Assembly: GCA_038087875.1 (NCBI GenBank)
Contig: CM075978.1
Span: 162,254,001-162,318,000 of the forward strand
Direction: 5' to 3'
Length of the DNA stretch: 64,000 bases
DNA from: Malacoraja senta
Lineage: Eukaryota
Under the pieces are notes generated by a model that did not search any database, was not told the origin of the DNA, and worked only from the letters and a program-made list of their open reading frames with translations. Positions 61,571 to 64,000 of this stretch are shown piece by piece. Both the position numbers and the translations under genes were made by a program. Positions within the stretch are counted from its first letter, which is position 1. Every line of letters begins with the position of its first letter.

Positions 61571-63866
61571 TGGACTTAGTTTGTGATTTAATGAGTGCTT
61601 TGTCATTTAAAAACATATAGATCTGAAGGCTATCAATATCATGTTATGCCTCTGCTGATCGCTAGTTCAATTTAAAATTTGAAATCTTCCAGAGATTTTC
61701 GAACCAAAAACATTGGGGGATATGACAAAAGAGATTCGATGGGCTGACATCCCTCCTCCACTTTCTATGTTCATGAATTAATGAACATGGCAGGTCCCAT
61801 GCCTCCAGCAAAGGGCCTGCAATAAATAGAGAGGCAGGGGTTGGGGGAAGGGTGGAAAGTTAACTACCTTCTTTGAAGGTCCACTTCTGCCCTATTTCTA
61901 ATCGGCAAAGTGAATTAAAATTTCTACTTTTGTTTTTAACTGAATTTGATGAATGGTACACTCTCTTCAGCTGGTTAATGGACTTCGTGCTGACGGACAG
62001 ATAAGTAAGAGCTATTTGGATTTTATTATTTGTTTTAAAAAACATGTTATTGCCTGACTGGTTGTTGGGTACAGGCTGCAGGAGTTTTATCTTAACAGTA
62101 GGGTTGTTTAGCTTGACTGACGTGAAAGCCAAAAGTAGCTTGTACTCATTTTAAATTTAGTTTGTTTTAACCTGACTGGCTATAAAATGCAAGATGCCTA
62201 AAATTTATTCAAATCATTTGGGTAGCTGGCCAAATCTTTATGAAATGCAGACATTGCATTCTATTTAATACAAGCACTGACTAATAAGCAAGAGACATGG
62301 AACAGCAATCATCCCCACCCCCTCCCTATTCCTTTCCCCTCCCCCTCCCCCCCTCAAACCCTGGCAGCAGCAGTATTGATGAGTCTCCCATCATGAGAAT
62401 AGCCAAATGACCATAGACCAGTTAGGTCATGCAGTAAAAATCCTCAAGCATCACCTGGAAAGATCAGATTGTCCCAGCACCAACCTTACTCCCACCCAAC
62501 CCCTCCAGCTCCACGAAGAAAAATAGTACATTTGCCAGAGCCACCTCCTCATAAATCTTTTTTCAATCAAAAATACAATTGCAAACTGACACAGCAAAAA
62601 TTACTTCCACTGCTGACGATCCTCAGGCTAATACCATCAAAGTCCTGAAGTAGTCATGCAGCTGTACAGCTGTCTTCTGTTCCTATTTCTTTCATGGATA
62701 CTCTGCAATATCTCTTGAACAATTCCCCGGAGTCTATTTATACAGACGCTTGTAAGGCTGCTATTGTTCAGGATATTCGCAATCTCCTAACCTGACTAGA
62801 ACATTTTCTTACCTGCTTATGCATTTATACTGTCCCCTTCTGCCACAGTCATCCGCCACTGGTTATGGAACAAAGCCCGCGACCTAGAATGTCTTCGGTT
62901 CCTGGAAAGGTATGATAAATATGCAGTGCGCAGCAATCCAATGATTCTTTTCTTCAAGAGGTTTCCATTACAAAATTCTATCACACATGAGATCCAAGGC
63001 ATCACACGCAATGGAGCAGGCCTTGCATTCTTAACTCGATCAAAGGACTCAAAGCAAAACGGGTAGGCTGCGGATCTGTGGCACAGGTTGTCGGGGAAGC
63101 AGCAGCTCACGGGAGAGACAAGGTCAGGGATGCTGTAGGGTCAGGGTATCCCCACAGTGAGAGATCAGGACACTGAAGGTAGAGACCGAAGGTGTATCTA
63201 TTTAGTGCTGTGAGATTAGGCCTCTTGAATATGAGGGGAAAACTTGGGGAGTCCGCACGGAATCTGCTGCACGTGGAAAGTTCTTAACTTAAAGTTGAAT
63301 TGTAAAAATCTGTTTGTAGTATTATCTGATCTGATTGTAGTATTATCTGATCTAATTTGATATCATGTTCAAAGCTTTTCACTGTAGCTCAGTAAACATG
63401 ATGATAATAAATCTGAAACTAAACTTACATCCTCTGGTTGTAGAAGTGTCCCCTGCTAACTGTAGACCATGCATACGGGATGGAAATTATATAACCATTA
63501 CCGAGATAAGCTTTTCACTCATATCATAGCTGACAGTCTCACTTATTGAACATGTTAAAATGGTCAGGTGCTCCACAGTTACTGGGCCCAGGTGATCTCG
63601 TCTTTGTGCACCATTCATGATCTGCAGTACAACCGTGCAGTGTTGCAGCCCATCTCCATTTGCCATATTTTAGCACCATTGTCACTGCCAGCTTTGTCAC
63701 CAAAGTTCAAGAAGTATTGTACTTGACGGCAGCTCCATATGGAGAATGTGGAAGGCAGTGGGTGGAGGAGGGAGTAGTTGATGGTGGATGCTTTTAAACA
63801 ATCGTTACCAACATCGTTCATTTGTGAGAAGCCTATACTTTATAAATGAGGGAAAGATTTGTTTGT

Positions 63867-64000
63867 GCAGGAAGGAACTGCAGATGCTTGTTTACACCAA
63901 AGATAGACATTAAATGCTGGAGTAACTCAACGGGGCTGGCAGCATCTTTGGAGAGAAAGCATGGGTGATGTTTTGGGTCGAGACTGGGTCAGACTGAGAG
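63867..64000 (-). mobile_element. Penelope-like 3' end running to the window edge
   Basis: aggaaggaactgcagatgc...gctggagtaactc...gggtgatgttttgggtcgagac. Confidence 0.8.

Noticed and set aside
1-64000. Prokaryotic systems (CRISPR arrays, operons, defence islands)
   Set aside because: The sequence is vertebrate repeat-rich non-coding DNA; no regularly spaced repeat-spacer array and no long ORFs

Overview
Non-coding vertebrate genomic DNA, very probably from a cartilaginous fish (skate/ray/shark). This is inferred from many HE1/V-SINE-type tRNA-derived SINEs and their partner CR1 LINEs; it is not prokaryotic. No protein-coding gene could be identified, and every ORF with a recognisable product is a decayed retrotransposon piece (CR1 RT, Rex1/Babar RT C-terminus, Penelope GIY-YIG C-terminus). 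The window alternates repeat-dense zones (CR1, HE1, Rex/Babar, Penelope-like elements, ancient DeuSINE-like copies, one Harbinger-type MITE) with multi-kb repeat-poor islands that look like regulatory sequence of an intron or gene desert. Highlights: (1) more than 15 Penelope-derived 3' ends, many carrying a minimal type I hammerhead ribozyme motif, often as fold-back palindromes with up to 60 bp perfect arms; (2) a young, highly structured ~310 bp (GAT)n-tailed retroposon with a possible pseudoknot or ribozyme; (3) three cases of short-range duplication or gene conversion between neighbouring repeats. Family names come from recognition by eye, not database searches, and boundaries of old repeats are approximate.
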